Of a stretch of DNA of 64,000 nucleotides, positions 25,101 through 38,600 are shown one piece after another; position 1 is the stretch's first letter; every line of letters starts with the position of its first letter. The stretch covers positions 1 to 64,000 of the forward strand of contig FLMG01000116.1 in assembly GCA_900088475.1 (NCBI GenBank), read 5' to 3'. A program made the translations under genes and the position numbers. A model generated the notes under the pieces. It saw nothing but the letters and a program-made list of their open reading frames with translations. It searched no databases and was not told where the DNA came from. Source of the stretch: Hyphochytrium catenoides (Eukaryota; Protista; Hyphochytriomycota).

Positions 25101-25639
25101 AAAGTCAGGGAACAGCGCCTGGCTATTGACGACAAGTTCGTGCATTGAAAGGAGATGCTAGGAGTTCCTTTGGACGGTAGATAGAGAGAGATAGAATACT
25201 GACTGGGTGAGAGAGCCTGGGAAAGTGTGTTTGAGGACACAAAGAGCAAGAGATGGGGAGAGGAATACCGAGGGAGATTGTGCGTGTGAGGGAGAGAGAC
25301 ACAGAGAGAGCGACAGGAGAGGAGAAAGGCAAAGGAGAAGCCAGGGGACGGAATTACGTGGAGTGAGAGGGCCAGGAGGGAGAAAAAGCGGGACGGGATC
25401 TCGTCCAAGACACTCACCGTCTCAGGTATGGCTTTCTCCAGCCAGTTCTCCTGCTTCCAGCGATATCCTTCCGCTGCTTCACCTGACGTACCCTCTGCTT
25501 TAGCTACATCACTCTCTTTCTTCTCTCTCTCAGGAGCTCTAGGCTTTGTAACCTTATAGCTTGTCCATATACGTGTCCATCTCTCCTTCTCCCTTTCCGC
25601 CTCGAGGAGTGTAGCACTTCTAGACCTATCTTTCCCCAT
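22278..25639 (-). CDS. Divergent RFC small-subunit-like AAA+ protein with C-terminal zinc fingers, 8 exons, about 429 aa
   Basis: Exons 25639-25418, 24929-24795, 24537-24434, 24199-24080, 23704-23593, 23360-23277, 23088-22960, 22661-22278 join in phase. NWLEKAIPETL (RFC box II), VLLQGSKGTGKS (Walker A), LVIIDGL (Walker B-like), SQQLLRKLLEANIPKTKFIMLC…ILSAIR, then CHICTLRYPCRH and C-x8-C-x7-C-x3-H. An upstream start is possible. Confidence 0.8.
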
Positions 25640-26050
25640 GGTTAGGACCTGGGATAGAGGTAGACAGGTACTAGATAGGAGACGGGGCCCAGCCAAGGTT
25701 GAAGGCTTATGGCTGTATCAACCCTAAGCGTCTGGATGGTTGAGGTGAAAGCGGTGTGAGACAGCGCATGAAGAGCATAAGCAAGGTAGTAACAGCTTTG
25801 CGGTAAGAATGGGAGGAGAAGGATCAGCTACTAGAGGAGATAAGAGACCCAGCTCGGGAGGAGCAGCGATGTAGTGCCTTCAATGGCGAAGGAGAGTGTC
25901 AGGGTGGAGAAGCGAGGAAAGGATGGCAGCAAGCGCATGAGGAAGAGGAAACGATGAGGAGGGAGTGTGAAGAGAGGAGAGAGAGAGAGAAAGAGAAAGA
26001 TAGAGAGCGGGGCACAGAGAGAGAGAGAGAGGGAGGAGATAGGAGAGAGA
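25065..26050. repeat. (GA)n microsatellites in introns/5' region of the RFC-like gene
   Basis: GA runs at about 25065-25100 and 25970-26050 (CT on the transcribed strand). Confidence 0.85.
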
Positions 26051-26651
26051 GGCAGAGGCTGGACTGGATGAAGAGAAGAGAACAAAGGTTTGCACCTACA
26101 GTACATTCCCAGTTGACCTTTCGCATCAGACATACCCCAGGAGCAACAGGCCGCTAACTTCTTCTCAATCTTCTTCGTTCTCGAGTCATGAGTTATGACC
26201 TCCGCGCTTACTCTTCGCTCGCTCTGCCTTCCGGCTGGCCGATTTCTACTCTGCTTTGCAATGATCAGGCTCTCTGGTTGAGTCTCTACCTCTCGTGACG
26301 CCCTCCCCTCTGTTCGCCCTCTCCACTCCTCATTATTCTACAACTCCTCATTAGTTCACTAATCCTTTGCGTGGCACGACACCCTACCCCTTTGTGCGGC
26401 TGAGTCAGGTAGCGGCACCGCATAAGGAGAATGTTCCAGAGAGCGAGAACGAGAGACCTATGGGCAGCCCTGGGCACCTAGACCACCACTGCCAGAAGTA
26501 CAACCATGGGGTCGGACGTCTTCGCTACAGGGTGCCTTGCCCACTGCTGAGCTTCTGCTAAAGCTTCCATTCTGACTGCGCAACCAAGGATAACTCCTGG
26601 CGCTCCCATTCTTGGTGTACGCTACCAACCCATCCTCCCGGCACTCTCAAG

Positions 26652-29600
26652 ATGGTCTTCGAGGCTGCACTGGTTGCCGCGTTGCGGCGGTTCTTGGGCT
26701 CAGTAGTTGACATTGACCTGCAGCAGCTCCAGCTTTCTTTATGGACCGGTAGATATGTTCATTCCTTATGTCTTCTTTCCTCTCTGTTAGCGCCTTCTGT
26801 CTTCCCGGAACGTTATACAACCAACCTTCGTTCTAGCTTATGCCTGCCCGACTAGATACCTTTATTCTTTCGCTTGTGGCTCTTCCACCTCATCACCCTC
26901 TCTTCTTTATTCAGGAGACCTAGCGCTGGAGAACGTGGTCCTGAAAGGGGATCTGTTGGCAAAGTTTCCAATCCCTCTGTCTTTCCTTCAAGGTAGTACG
27001 AGATGAGTTTACTCTTCTCTATTAATCCAACATGCTCTATGGTTGTTGCGGGAGCTCTATTTAGCTCTCCGTCCAAACATTTGCTTCCGACCTGCCACTT
27101 AAGGAGGAAGTTTGTCTGCTCTGTGGGTCCCACGGTCTAAAGTATCGGCGTTCCAAAAAGCTTGCTCCGGAGATGAAAGCCATCTGCGTCTCCATCCCAC
27201 TGTCAAATTTACTGCTAATAGCTCTGCACTTCTTCTGCGGTCTTTTCTCTGGGTGTCCGCTTCTCCTCCTTTACTTACACTCTGCCCTTGCTATAGACTT
27301 CCTGCTAGTATTCGCGTTCGTCATCGGACATCACCTTTTTTCGACTAAGATTTTCCTTTGTAGGCTCTATAGGGCATCTTCGTCTTGAGATCCCATGGCT
27401 CTCACTCTGGAAGAGTCCTGTCGTTATCACTGCTGAGAAAGTTAGAATAGAGCTGGAGACATCGGCCTCTTCCACTCGCACGTCGCCCGTGCCCCCAAGC
27501 CCTGCAAAAGTAAGAGTACTCTTTCAGCTAAAGTGACATGTACAAGGAAGGGTAGAAAGTGTAGGGGTTAGCGCGCTAGAGTGGATCTTCTTACAGCAGC
27601 CTGAAATCAACAAACACAATATTCACTAGGGGTCGAAGCTACCGGGAGAGGATGATACTATGCCTGGAGGTTAGTCTCTAACACTTGTATGTGCGCGTTA
27701 GGTTACTCTTTCCGTCGCTTTATTTGGCTATCCTTTCTCTATCTTCGCCTCTGAACATTGACGTTCCTCGTAAGAGTTGCACTTCTATCGTAAGCTTCTT
27801 ATAAAGTCAGTTTATTAATCCGTCGAACTTCCTTCCATCGCCAGCTCCGCCTGGCTATCTCAACCGCCTGATTAGACATGTTATCGAAAACATCAGGTTG
27901 GAGGTGAAAGATGTGTCTATCAGTCTCTTTCAAGGCGGGTTATTGGTGACCGAAGAGGTAACGTTCGACAGCTATTCGCCTCTTGTCTCCCTCTGTAAAT
28001 CATAGACTTACGTTCAACTATTGCTTCTTTGTTTATATGCTTCTTCCTTTTTATGCGACGTCAATGTTCTAACTGGATGGCTTGCAGGTTAGCGGTCTGG
28101 CTTTAGTATGGGACTCGTTACGCGTCTATAAAACTGAGGACGGCATTCAATCAAAAAAGGTGGGTTGGCTTCCTCCTCTCTTTTTTGAGTGCCTTTATTG
28201 ATAAAAAGTGCCTGGGTTCTTCTTGATTTGTTCTCCAGATAGCTTCGGTACGAGATATTGGTCTCGTCTGGAGACAACCAGAAGCTAGTGATGCTGGGAC
28301 AGACTTTATACTTTATCCTACCACCATTCTTTTAGAGGTAAGGACGGCTTGAGGGTAGAAGAAATAAGTTGATGAAAATATCTGAGAGACAAACCCATGC
28401 TTGGAGTATCAGCGGACCTAGGAATGAGTAACTTACTGGTTCGCCGCAGAACCTCGACGTGCTGGTTATGCTTAGGTGTGGTCGGAAGAGGCTGGTAGAT
28501 GGTGAAGATAGTCCTAAACGACAGTGAGGCAGGGTATCGCGTCACTCTCTGCTGCCTTAACTCTTCAGTCTTCCTTTACCTTTAGAGCACAACCAACAAG
28601 AAAGAAGACCTTGAGGGAGGAGACCAGACCCAAATGAGAAACATTACTATGTCAGTCAATGCAGAAGAAAAGCTAAGTTCCAAACCAATGCGAGCGAAAG
28701 TCAGCGAAGAGCAGCTTCTAGACCTGGCAAACCTCGTGGAGGAGCTTTGTAGCAGTTTGCGCCAAGAAGATGATGGAGAGGAAGAGGAAAGTGAGGAGGC
28801 GACTTTTTCCCCACCAAGGCCTCGGAGTGTCCTTGAAGAGTCTTGGCTCCAGCTGGACCTATGGACTCACTTCTTCTCCTCTATTGGCGCTCCTAGTCCT
28901 AATAATAAAGGACGGGAGGACATAGCCTCTCAGGTCTCGAATGATGCATTGAATGGAGAAGGCCTTGACGAAGGCGATCTGGCTATTGAGACTAGCTTCA
29001 AAACTAGGGATCTGGAGTTCTGTCTGTCCATTGTTTGCGGACTTGAGCTGTCTCTTTCTTGTGGTACATTGCGCTGCAAGGAGGGCGACCAAATGCCGGA
29101 CGAGGAAATGAAGAAGAGCTGCAGAAAACTTAACAAAGAGCGAATACTGCTTGCTAAATTTGGATCCTTCCACCTTTCCTACCTGGATTCCTCTCTGCTT
29201 TCATCGTTCTCGATGAGCATTATGTCTCTCTCTGTTACTGAAGACGGATCGCGTCCTTTATTCCACACGAGGAGTGAGGAGTTTGAGGCAGTCATGGCCC
29301 TGTTTTGGGAAACGCCCAAGCCTCTCTCGCCTCATAGAAGAGAAGCTTCAGCAAGCCTCTATCTAGGACCAAAGTACAAGGCATCGTTGTCTGCTTTCAC
29401 AATGACTATTGATCCTCTTGTCCTGGAAGTACTCTCTCTGCTGTGTGACATTTCCCTTAGAGTAATGGCACCTTCTCCTCAACCATCGTTACGACAGCCA
29501 TCTTTTTCCTCTACACCGTCTCAGTCTTCCTTGTCGCCTATTTCTTCCCTGGGATCTCTGGAAATTTCTCTGGGAGATATGACCTTCTATTTTCCTGTTA

Positions 29601-32600
29601 GTGTATCAGAAGCCAACACAACCAGATACGCCATATCCCTCGAGGAGATCCGAGTAATTTCGGACAAAGAGTGTCAAAATGGAGTTGAAGCAGAGGAAAA
29701 ACTCGAGGGGCAAGGGAGCATACGAGGGCTTCAGATCAAGATTGCGTCCTGCAGCGTCTTCCACCAGAAGTGGAGCTCAGAGCGACGCACCTGGGAGGCA
29801 AAAACCAGTCTCATAACAGGCCTGTCGCCCTTGGTCCTGACACTGAGAGAGAACCTCACAGGCCCTCATTCCCCGTCACCAAACTCTTCTCCTTCTCCTT
29901 CTGAGACGGACGGGGTCTGTCAGCATGTCTTTGGATCAAGCTCTTCTTCACTACCTTCCTTGGCTACAGAGGAGCAGCAAAGAATCAATCTCACGGCTCC
30001 AGAGGTCTTTGCAGTATCTCTCTCCGTCATGCTCTCAGACGTGACTCTTCATTGCACGGATGAGCAGTTATGGCAAATATCTTGGCTGATAGGCTCTTTT
30101 GTCGCTTTCCTTCCAACAAAGGGCCTAAAGCGGAAAGGAGGGCCAAAACAGCCGAAGGGTCTGGATATATGTCAGACATACGGGACTTGCTTCGACCTCT
30201 GCAAAAAAGAAGTAATTTGCGCTGTGTCTCACCTTAAAGTGCACCTCTCTGTATCTGAGACCTTCGCTTGGGCGGAGGATGTATGCGCTTATAAGCTCTC
30301 TTCCTTACCTACACATCACTCTTCCTCCGTCAGCTTCATTTCGCCCCTTCAATATGAGCTTGAGCTTGGAGGACTGCAATGGCGAGGAACCGATTGCTCT
30401 CATGTTCAGGAAACAGAGGTGAAAATAGATTTTTTAAGCTTGTGTGCTAAGAAAGAGGCATCATCTGGAGGTATGGCTAAGCCGGGGCTAAAGAGAGAGG
30501 GAGGGAGAGTGTCGAACACTGATATTGATGAGAAATCTCACACTGGTCAAGGCCGAAATGTTGCCGGGCGATGTCTGCTGTCGTTGGGCTCCCTATCAGG
30601 TCCTGGTCTTCGCGTTCGAGGCTCAAAGTATCCGCGAAGGACTTTCAGTCAAGAACAGGGTCTAACGGTTGCTGTCGGTACAGTCTTTGATTCCCAGGTG
30701 AATCTGGGCGATCTGAGAGTTGGATTGGAGCCAGAGGTCACTTTTAACCTTTGCAAAATTGTTGCAAGATCGTTGAGCCTAGCAGAGCTCAGCACAAAGG
30801 TCAGAGTCAGGAGAAGCGAGAAAGCCCGATCCACGAGGAAGAGAAAAGTGAAACATCTCAGTAGTCAGTCTTCGGCAGGCGAAAGGTTCACATGTGAGCG
30901 AAACCCCTCGAGAGTTTCCGCATCCCTCTCTGTGGTCTGCTCCTCGACTGACATCCGGGCACTGGTAGGCGAGCGACAGCTATGCGCAGTCACTGGAAGT
31001 AGGCTTAGCGGCACTCTTCTCGTTTATGATGGGATCAGCTGTTGTTCAGGCTGTGTTGCTTTCGAAGGGCGAGGGAGCTGGGAGGAGATTGAGTTGGTAG
31101 ACCTTTCCGGCGTCAATGAGTTACATCGCAACATCATCTCCTGGAGGGGAGCCGCCAGAGAGGAGGACAAGCACTATCCGATGCCATCCATAGACTTCTC
31201 CATTTCTTCTTTCTGCTCTCATGCATCCGACTTTCCCGGGTATTCTCCTCTGATCTGTGTTCGGGCGGGTAACTTCTCCCACAAGGTTCTGTACCGCTTC
31301 TATCGGGAAATAGGGAACTTTGTAGGGTTGAGATTGCTGCCAACCGTCCTCTGCTTTGGTCAAACAGATGGAGAGGAGGAGAGAGTTTTGAGAACCATAT
31401 TAGAGAAGCTTGGAGCTTGCGACCTGGTACTTAGAGGCTGGCCAGAGGGCTTATCTATGGAGAAGGGCCCATCAGGCAGGACGATCTGCAATACTGAATC
31501 TCTTCTCACATCGCAGCCTTCCCCCAAAATTGATCTTCTCTTCCACGACGTTCTAGTGTATCTTGTCGAGGGGTCCAGAGCCCCAGACTCTCTCATATTC
31601 TCCATCCAGAGGCTTGAGGCTTGGACTTGTGGAGCATTTGGAGATACAAAGTCAAAGTTTCTTCTTCAGGGACATTTCCCTGACGAAGATCTAGATATTT
31701 TTCAGGAGCCAGACAATAATCCTGACGACTTCAGATATTACCTTCAGAAGATTAAAGAAGGCTATCGGCGAGAAAGAAGGGTCCGGATGCAAAGAAGGTT
31801 CGAGCTATCAACCCTCCTCGCAGACTTGCTGGCATCAAACAAGAGGACAGAGATCGAAGGGGAGCAAGAGACCGAAGAGCAAGACGGAGAGGCCTTAGCT
31901 CAAGACAGCACAGGAAGATGCGACTTGGATCAGCAGATATGTGCGCTCGAAGAAGCTCTAGAGAATCTGAATCTGGAAATCAAAAGTCTAACGGAACAAA
32001 TAAATGCGGACGGAGAAAACCATGATTCTTCCCTTCTATCGCCTCAACTCCTCGACCCAAAGCGAGACGTCTTCATTGAGGAAGAGGAGGATGACAACGA
32101 TGAAGGCTTCTACGATGCTGACGATGAGGAGCAAGGTCCGGCAAATCTAAGGAAAGAGGAAAACAGGATGGAGTTTCTAGCATCGCGCGTAGAAATATTA
32201 TCTGCCGCATCCTCTTCGGTTATTTCTCAGCTATCTTGTATAGCCGGGTGGGTGCATTTTGCACAAACCCTCCGGCAGCCAGACCAGGAGGAGTCGATGT
32301 CTTCTTTCTCTTCCAATGCATGCAAGCAGGGCATACACTCTCCAATTCTGCACACAGGCCGAGAGGAGAGCATCTCCTGCTTGTCGTCCCCAGCGATAAT
32401 GTCCAGGACATCCTCACCCGGCTTGACAGATCTTGAACTTTCGTCTTCTTCCTTCTCATCCCCGAGGTCCTTTGGGAGAAGGGCAACCTCTTCCTCTTGT
32501 CCTCGCCAGGGACCATTGTCCCAGTTTCCGTCCAACAAAAAGAGTACCCCGCTGATTCTCTCTTTTAGCGTCGGCCACTTTCCCCTGTGTCTTACACCTC

Positions 32601-35600
32601 AACAGTTGGAGACTCTCTTGGGCTTCATCATGAGGAACTTAAAGGAGTTCCCACATCTATGTCCTGATCCTCCCTTATCTCTCCTTTTCTGCACCCTTTG
32701 CAAGGGGCACCACTACGCTCACCAAGATTGCAATGCTCCATGGTTCCTTCTTTCTCTCTATTTTCCGTCTGCTACACTAAGTCTCGTAGAAGAGTACCCA
32801 GGTAGGGAAGCTCAGGACGGGGAAAACAAAGCAGGTGAAGGCATGAGCGGGCCCTTCCCGCCGTTTGGGGAGCTGCAGTTCGAGCAGTTGGAGATTTTAG
32901 TGCAGCAGAACAGCAACGATGTCGCCCAGTTAGCTGTGTCTGCAAATTACGTACGGGTACAGAGTCGAGCCCTAAACGTCCCACAAGGCGATACGAGTAT
33001 TGCTGATTGGAGAGAAGTCTTTTCTCCTCTTACGTCAAACCGGAGACAGTTGTTCTATCGGCAACTCTCGTCATGGACCTCATGTTCCCACTCAATTCAT
33101 GTCAATGACTCTTGCGTCAGCATCCTCCCGCCGCTTATGGTCCCTCTATCTCTCTTCTTTACAATCGCTCTAAAAAATGTTCTAGACAAAGCGAGAGAGG
33201 AACAAGGGCCGTATGTCGTTCCTGCTACGCTTTTCAAAGACAAGGAGACAGAGAGGACCAGGAACAACCAGACTCATGACGAAGGGGGCTCTAGCGTAAG
33301 AGGCTGGCCAAACTTCGATCTAACCTTGGACTTATTCATAGACAACACGCTCTTCTGCTTGTATCAAGATCCTCAAGGAACCTCCTCGAGGTAAATGAGA
33401 GGGGCGTTAGAGGCATAGTGACCGTTTGATCGGAGTAGGCCGACAAGAGACACCAGGAGAGAATCATCACCGATACACCCGGACTGGGTCTGAGTGATAA
33501 CTCAGTTACAAAGCAATAGCTTGAGGCGGTCAAGACGTAGAGATTGTATCATATGCTCGCCCTAACCTCTTTTTTCGGCTGCTGTCTCTTTGATCCCCTA
33601 AGGGTACTTTGTATCCTTTCTTGCTTAGACTTACAGCAGCAATGGCTGGATGAGGTGAAGCAAAGCAACCACTTTGCCATCAAACAGAAGAAGATATTTT
33701 TCTCTTCTTTCCCAGATCTGCAGGTAACTCGGGTCACTACTTTTCCTGCCTATATGACCTCCGTGTTGCCGCTTCGGTATGGTATGGCCCTAAATTCGTT
33801 GTCTGGCGGGTGACGTCGAGCTCTCACACTCTTCAACTTTTCTTCTACACCCTCTTTGACTTTTCTTCTAACACACCTTCTTTGTAGATCGAGCAGTCAG
33901 TCGCATTAGCAAATGAGTTCTCCATCGCCTGCGACTATGAAATTAATGTCAGCCGAAAGGACGGCCTCGCAAGTGAGGGCATGAACGAGAAGGAAGGAGA
34001 GGCTCAAATGGTGGCCATTGAGAAGTTTTCCTTCCTTCTCCACCCACTGAAGCTGGCTCTGTCTTACCGCGACTGTCTGCAATTGGTAGATATCCTTGAT
34101 TCCGTAAACTTATCTCTGTCGCTTGTGACACAAGACACAGATGAAAAAATCCAGAGAGGCGCCGCCGATCCTTCTCCCCTTCCTTGTCAAGAGGACCCTA
34201 CAGATATCAGCATTATGCAGCAGCAGACCTTGGGGCAGGTTGGTGACATCCGCCTGATACTGCTGGAGGACGAAAGAGATGTTCCTCTGTTAGAGCTCTT
34301 TGTAGAGAGTATAGGGATAGAAAGCGGCAGTTGTGGAGGAAACACTGCCCTTTCCCTTGATGCATCAGCCTCACTCTCTGCCTTTAACTCACGGAATAAT
34401 GGCTGGGAGCCGCTGCTCGAGAAGACGGCCTTCCAGCTTAGGTTGGCTGCTAGCAACAGGGCAGAAGATCCAGTTCAACTTGTTCTCTCTGTTCCCTCGG
34501 TTATGAACCTCAACCTCACACAAACATGGGCCGACACTCTCCCTCGCCTCCTATCAAATCTGAGGTCCGACGAATCAATTATTTCTCCGTCTCTTTCCAG
34601 CGGTGTCCATATCGAGAACTCAACAGGCCTTCCCATAGAGTTTTGCCTGAGGCAGGGAATTCGTGACGTAATCCGCGGGAGATTGGAACACGATCAAAGT
34701 GCTGACGCGATCTTGCGTGGCCAGGAAGAGGATTTAAAAAGGAAGAGGAGATCGGCCGCCATTGACTCTCTTTTACCTTCAGCACCTCTATTCCAGCAAG
34801 AGGCGGCTGCTTCTAAGCAGACCCTTGCCATTTGGCTTAACGACCGAGAGTGGGGAACAGCTTCTCCTGTTGCTATCAGCAACACTGGCAAATATGTCTT
34901 ACCTGTCCGGCGAGCAAAAGTGAGACGGCAAGACGACCTCCAAGAGGTGGCTCAGGGAAGGAGTCTTAACCTCTTTCCCGGCACGTTAGTGCTGGATATC
35001 AGCCTCAATCAGGGTGACGGGACTAAGGTCCTGAAGATACTGTCTCCTCTAGTCATTTCTAATCAGACAGACATTCCCCTGCAGCTTTGGGCTTACTCAC
35101 CGCAAGGGGGAGGGCGCGTCGAAGAGTGGACGGTGGATGCAGGCGAGTCTTCCACAGCCCCTCTTTCTGTCCTCCACGTAGAAAACAAGGTCAGCATCAG
35201 ACCCACAAACTCCACTGACTGGGGACCCTTACTCAGCAGCTTGAGCCAGTTGCGGGGCGAGAAGATACCTGGTAGCCGTTATCAAACGGTAGCAGTCTGC
35301 CCCGTAGCCGCAGGGAGGGAAGAGGATAAAGCAAGAAATAACACAGAGGAGGAAAGGCAGTTCATTTGTTCAGCTCTCCCTTCCTGGTGCTGTGTAGCTG
35401 TGGCTGTCGAAAGCGCGCTGGAAGAGGTCCCGATAGCTGATGGTCGTCTAACCTCGAAGATAGCTTTGACTTCCATGGATGGAAGGGACGGTACTGCCAA
35501 GAGGGACAGAACGCCTAAAATAAGGCAAAAGCAGAAGGAAAGCAAGATCGTATCAAAAACGAGTCTTACATCAGTTTTCTCCACCAGTCGCCCATCTCTC

Positions 35601-38600
35601 TTTACATTGGTCCTTCTACCTCCCGTTCAACTCATCAATGCTCTTCCCTTCGTTGTCAGTTACCGATTCTGCTGCCATGAGAGGCATCTGCTCCTGGCGG
35701 AAGGAATAGTGGACGTAGGGAAAACGTTGCAATTGTGTCAAGTTGAGATGGGAACTGTTCTTTCACTTTCCATATCTCTTCCTGGTTATGACTGGAGCGA
35801 GTTTACTCCCATTACCTCTCCTGCACGACTACATGGGTTCCCAGACTCAGTAGGCAAAAGTAGGGATCTCGAAGACCGGAAAGCCTATAAGATTACTCTT
35901 AGAAGGCGCGTAGAGAGCCATTTAGACGGGAGCGTAAGAGAGGATGAGCTGTCTCTCCTTCTCAAGAGAGAAGGAAGGCTTCTTCGTCTAGTTGCCCCGA
36001 TCTGGCTTGTCAATCGAACCTCTCTCCCTGTTGAGTTCAAATCAGGATCGCAGATTACTCCTATGACTCCTTCTAGAAGAGCTTCCAGACGCGTACTCGA
36101 GAGAGAAAGGTCAGACAGGAACCGGAATGGAAGACAAAAATTGTCGGCTGCACTTGTTTCCAAGGGCAGTATGAAGCGCGTTTCTGATCAGGCCCCTTCT
36201 ATTCTCATGGTCGTGGTGGAGCAAGCAGAGTACTTGCCTGATATGGCGCTGGTAGGGCGACAGGACCCCTTTGTTCGAGTTTCTCTCTTCTTACCCGCTT
36301 TCCGTCCCTCCAAAGTTCAATCTGCCCTGGAAAAGGGGATGAGACCCCGAATTCTCTATAAGGCTGAGACCCGTCCCTGTGTCGCAGGGGGTTCTAGGCC
36401 TCGGTGGGGGCCTCAGCATAACTGCAGCCTCCTCATACCTCTCTCTGGAGAGCGCGATGTCGTGAACCAGGGTAAACTTCTGGTGGAGGTTCTCCATCGA
36501 ACAATCGTGGGAGAAGAGCTGCTAGGATGGTTGCAGCTAAGTTTGGCACAGATAGGAAGTTCTACGGGCGACATGGACCAACCCCACTGGTACTCTTTGT
36601 CTCCCTCTCCTGCTCATCAAAATAGGGGAACAACGGCAAGAATTGTCCTTTCTATCCACATCAGCTCTAGTCAGCGGCCTCCGATCAATACGAGTGAGGG
36701 GAAAATAGGGCCAGGAAGTAGCATCTCTCTCTCAGAAAGAGTAGGGGCGGATGGAGGTAGCATGCAAGACGAAGGGAAAGAAGCAGCTATGCCATCCTCC
36801 GCAGAAGCGACAAGACATCGGATCTCCCTATACCTGGCTCATCATATACAGAATCGTCCACCTAGGAACATCCTTATCTCCAGAGGCATCCTCACACCTC
36901 TTTTGTCGCCCACGATAGCTAAGCGGAGCGCTTTCCTTGCCGCCAAACTAGATTTGCGACCAAGCAAGAGGAACCTTGAGGAGAGAGGCATTCTTGTCAG
37001 GAGTCGACCGCTCATCTTCCTCCGCATCTATTTGCCTCATAACCGCTTTCATTATGTCTCTCTGTTTCTACCAGAGGATACCGTTCTTGCCGAGGCAGTT
37101 GAGCGGGCGCTGATGGTCTGTGGCCTGAGTTTCAGTAGGCCCGACCTCTATGTCTGCTTTGAAATCACCACAAAAAGTTGGCCTCTTTCCCGAGACCCCA
37201 CAAAACAAACACAGCTGACAGCCATGGTTGCCCAATTCACCGCTTTGGAACCTGCTGTTCCAGTGTCCGAGGATCATCTTCCGGCCATGCGGTGCGTGGG
37301 TAGGGAGTATGAACTGACGTTGCCTTTAGCAATGTGTAATGTGGAGAACGGGCTGCTGTTAATGCATAAGGCGGGTATTGGGCCTTTGCTTAATCGCTCT
37401 TCATCCACAGCTCTTGCCTTGCCAATGTCATGTCCCCTCATGCTGGAGCAAGATACAGACAGTAGCGAGAACTTTGCAGTGAAGGAGGTAGTCCTCTTCC
37501 CTCTTGGCAATGAGGAAGAAAATAAGGCCAGGCTATCTGTCCGCCTTCCAGATACGCCATGGAGCCGCCCATTTCCTCTACTCTCGGAAGCAGGGGTGCT
37601 CACTCTCTCGCAGAGACCAATACCAGCAGGTATGGAGGTTGTCCAGCGTACAGAAGAACTGCAGCCAAGCCTCAGAAAGTACCAGTTCGGCGTCCAAACA
37701 ACAGAGGGAGAGGGCATATTCTCAGACTCTCTAATAGTGTCCTTTATGCCCCGCTACCTTCTTCGCAATAACACGTCGCAGGAGATACGTCTACGGCAGT
37801 ATGGATCTCGACTCATTTCCTTCATGAAGCCCGGCCAGGCCCAACCATTCCATTGGGACGACAGGACAAAGGAGGTAAGGAAAGGAGTACGTGATAAGTA
37901 ATTCCTGCAACAGTGGCAAACGTTGAGTCCTTGAGTGCTCAGTCGATCTTGTGAAACTCTTTGGGGGGCATCCGCCACAAATGGCGTTCGTGGCTCAACC
38001 TGCTCTCCTTAAACGATCGACTTGCATGTCCTCGTCCTGACTGACAACTGGTTGCCCAGGAGTCGCTTTCAGTTACTGTAGGCAAGAAAGTCTGGCAGTG
38101 GAGCGGGCACTTTTCCCTTGATGGTGTGGGCAGTATATTCCTCCTTTTGAGACCGGTGCATCCCACGGCCCCTACCTCTGCACCGGGGTCGTTCAGCCTT
38201 CTACTTCAAGTGAGAAGAGAGGTAGCTGGGAGCTGTCTCCTCGTCTCTTTCGAGCTCGGGGATGTACGCTTTCCACCATATCGCATAGATAACAAGACGT
38301 CATATCATCTCAAGTATAAGCAATCCAGGTGAGCGGGCTTGGGAGCTGCCGATTTAAACTCCGCAGCTGCTCCAATTACTGATGAATGGCGCTACGCCTC
38401 CCATCAAACAGTCTTGTCTCTAGCATCCACAGCCCATCACTACCCCTCGGCTACCGATTAGTTCCGGTTCAGCTCCTTCTTCATACCAAAAAGCATTCTC
38501 TAAGACTCTTAACTCACCTAACCTCCCTCGTTCCCCTTCTGAATCTTTCCGCCGCTGGTATTCACCGTCGCTGAAGCTCTTCTCCGGATGATACTGGACC

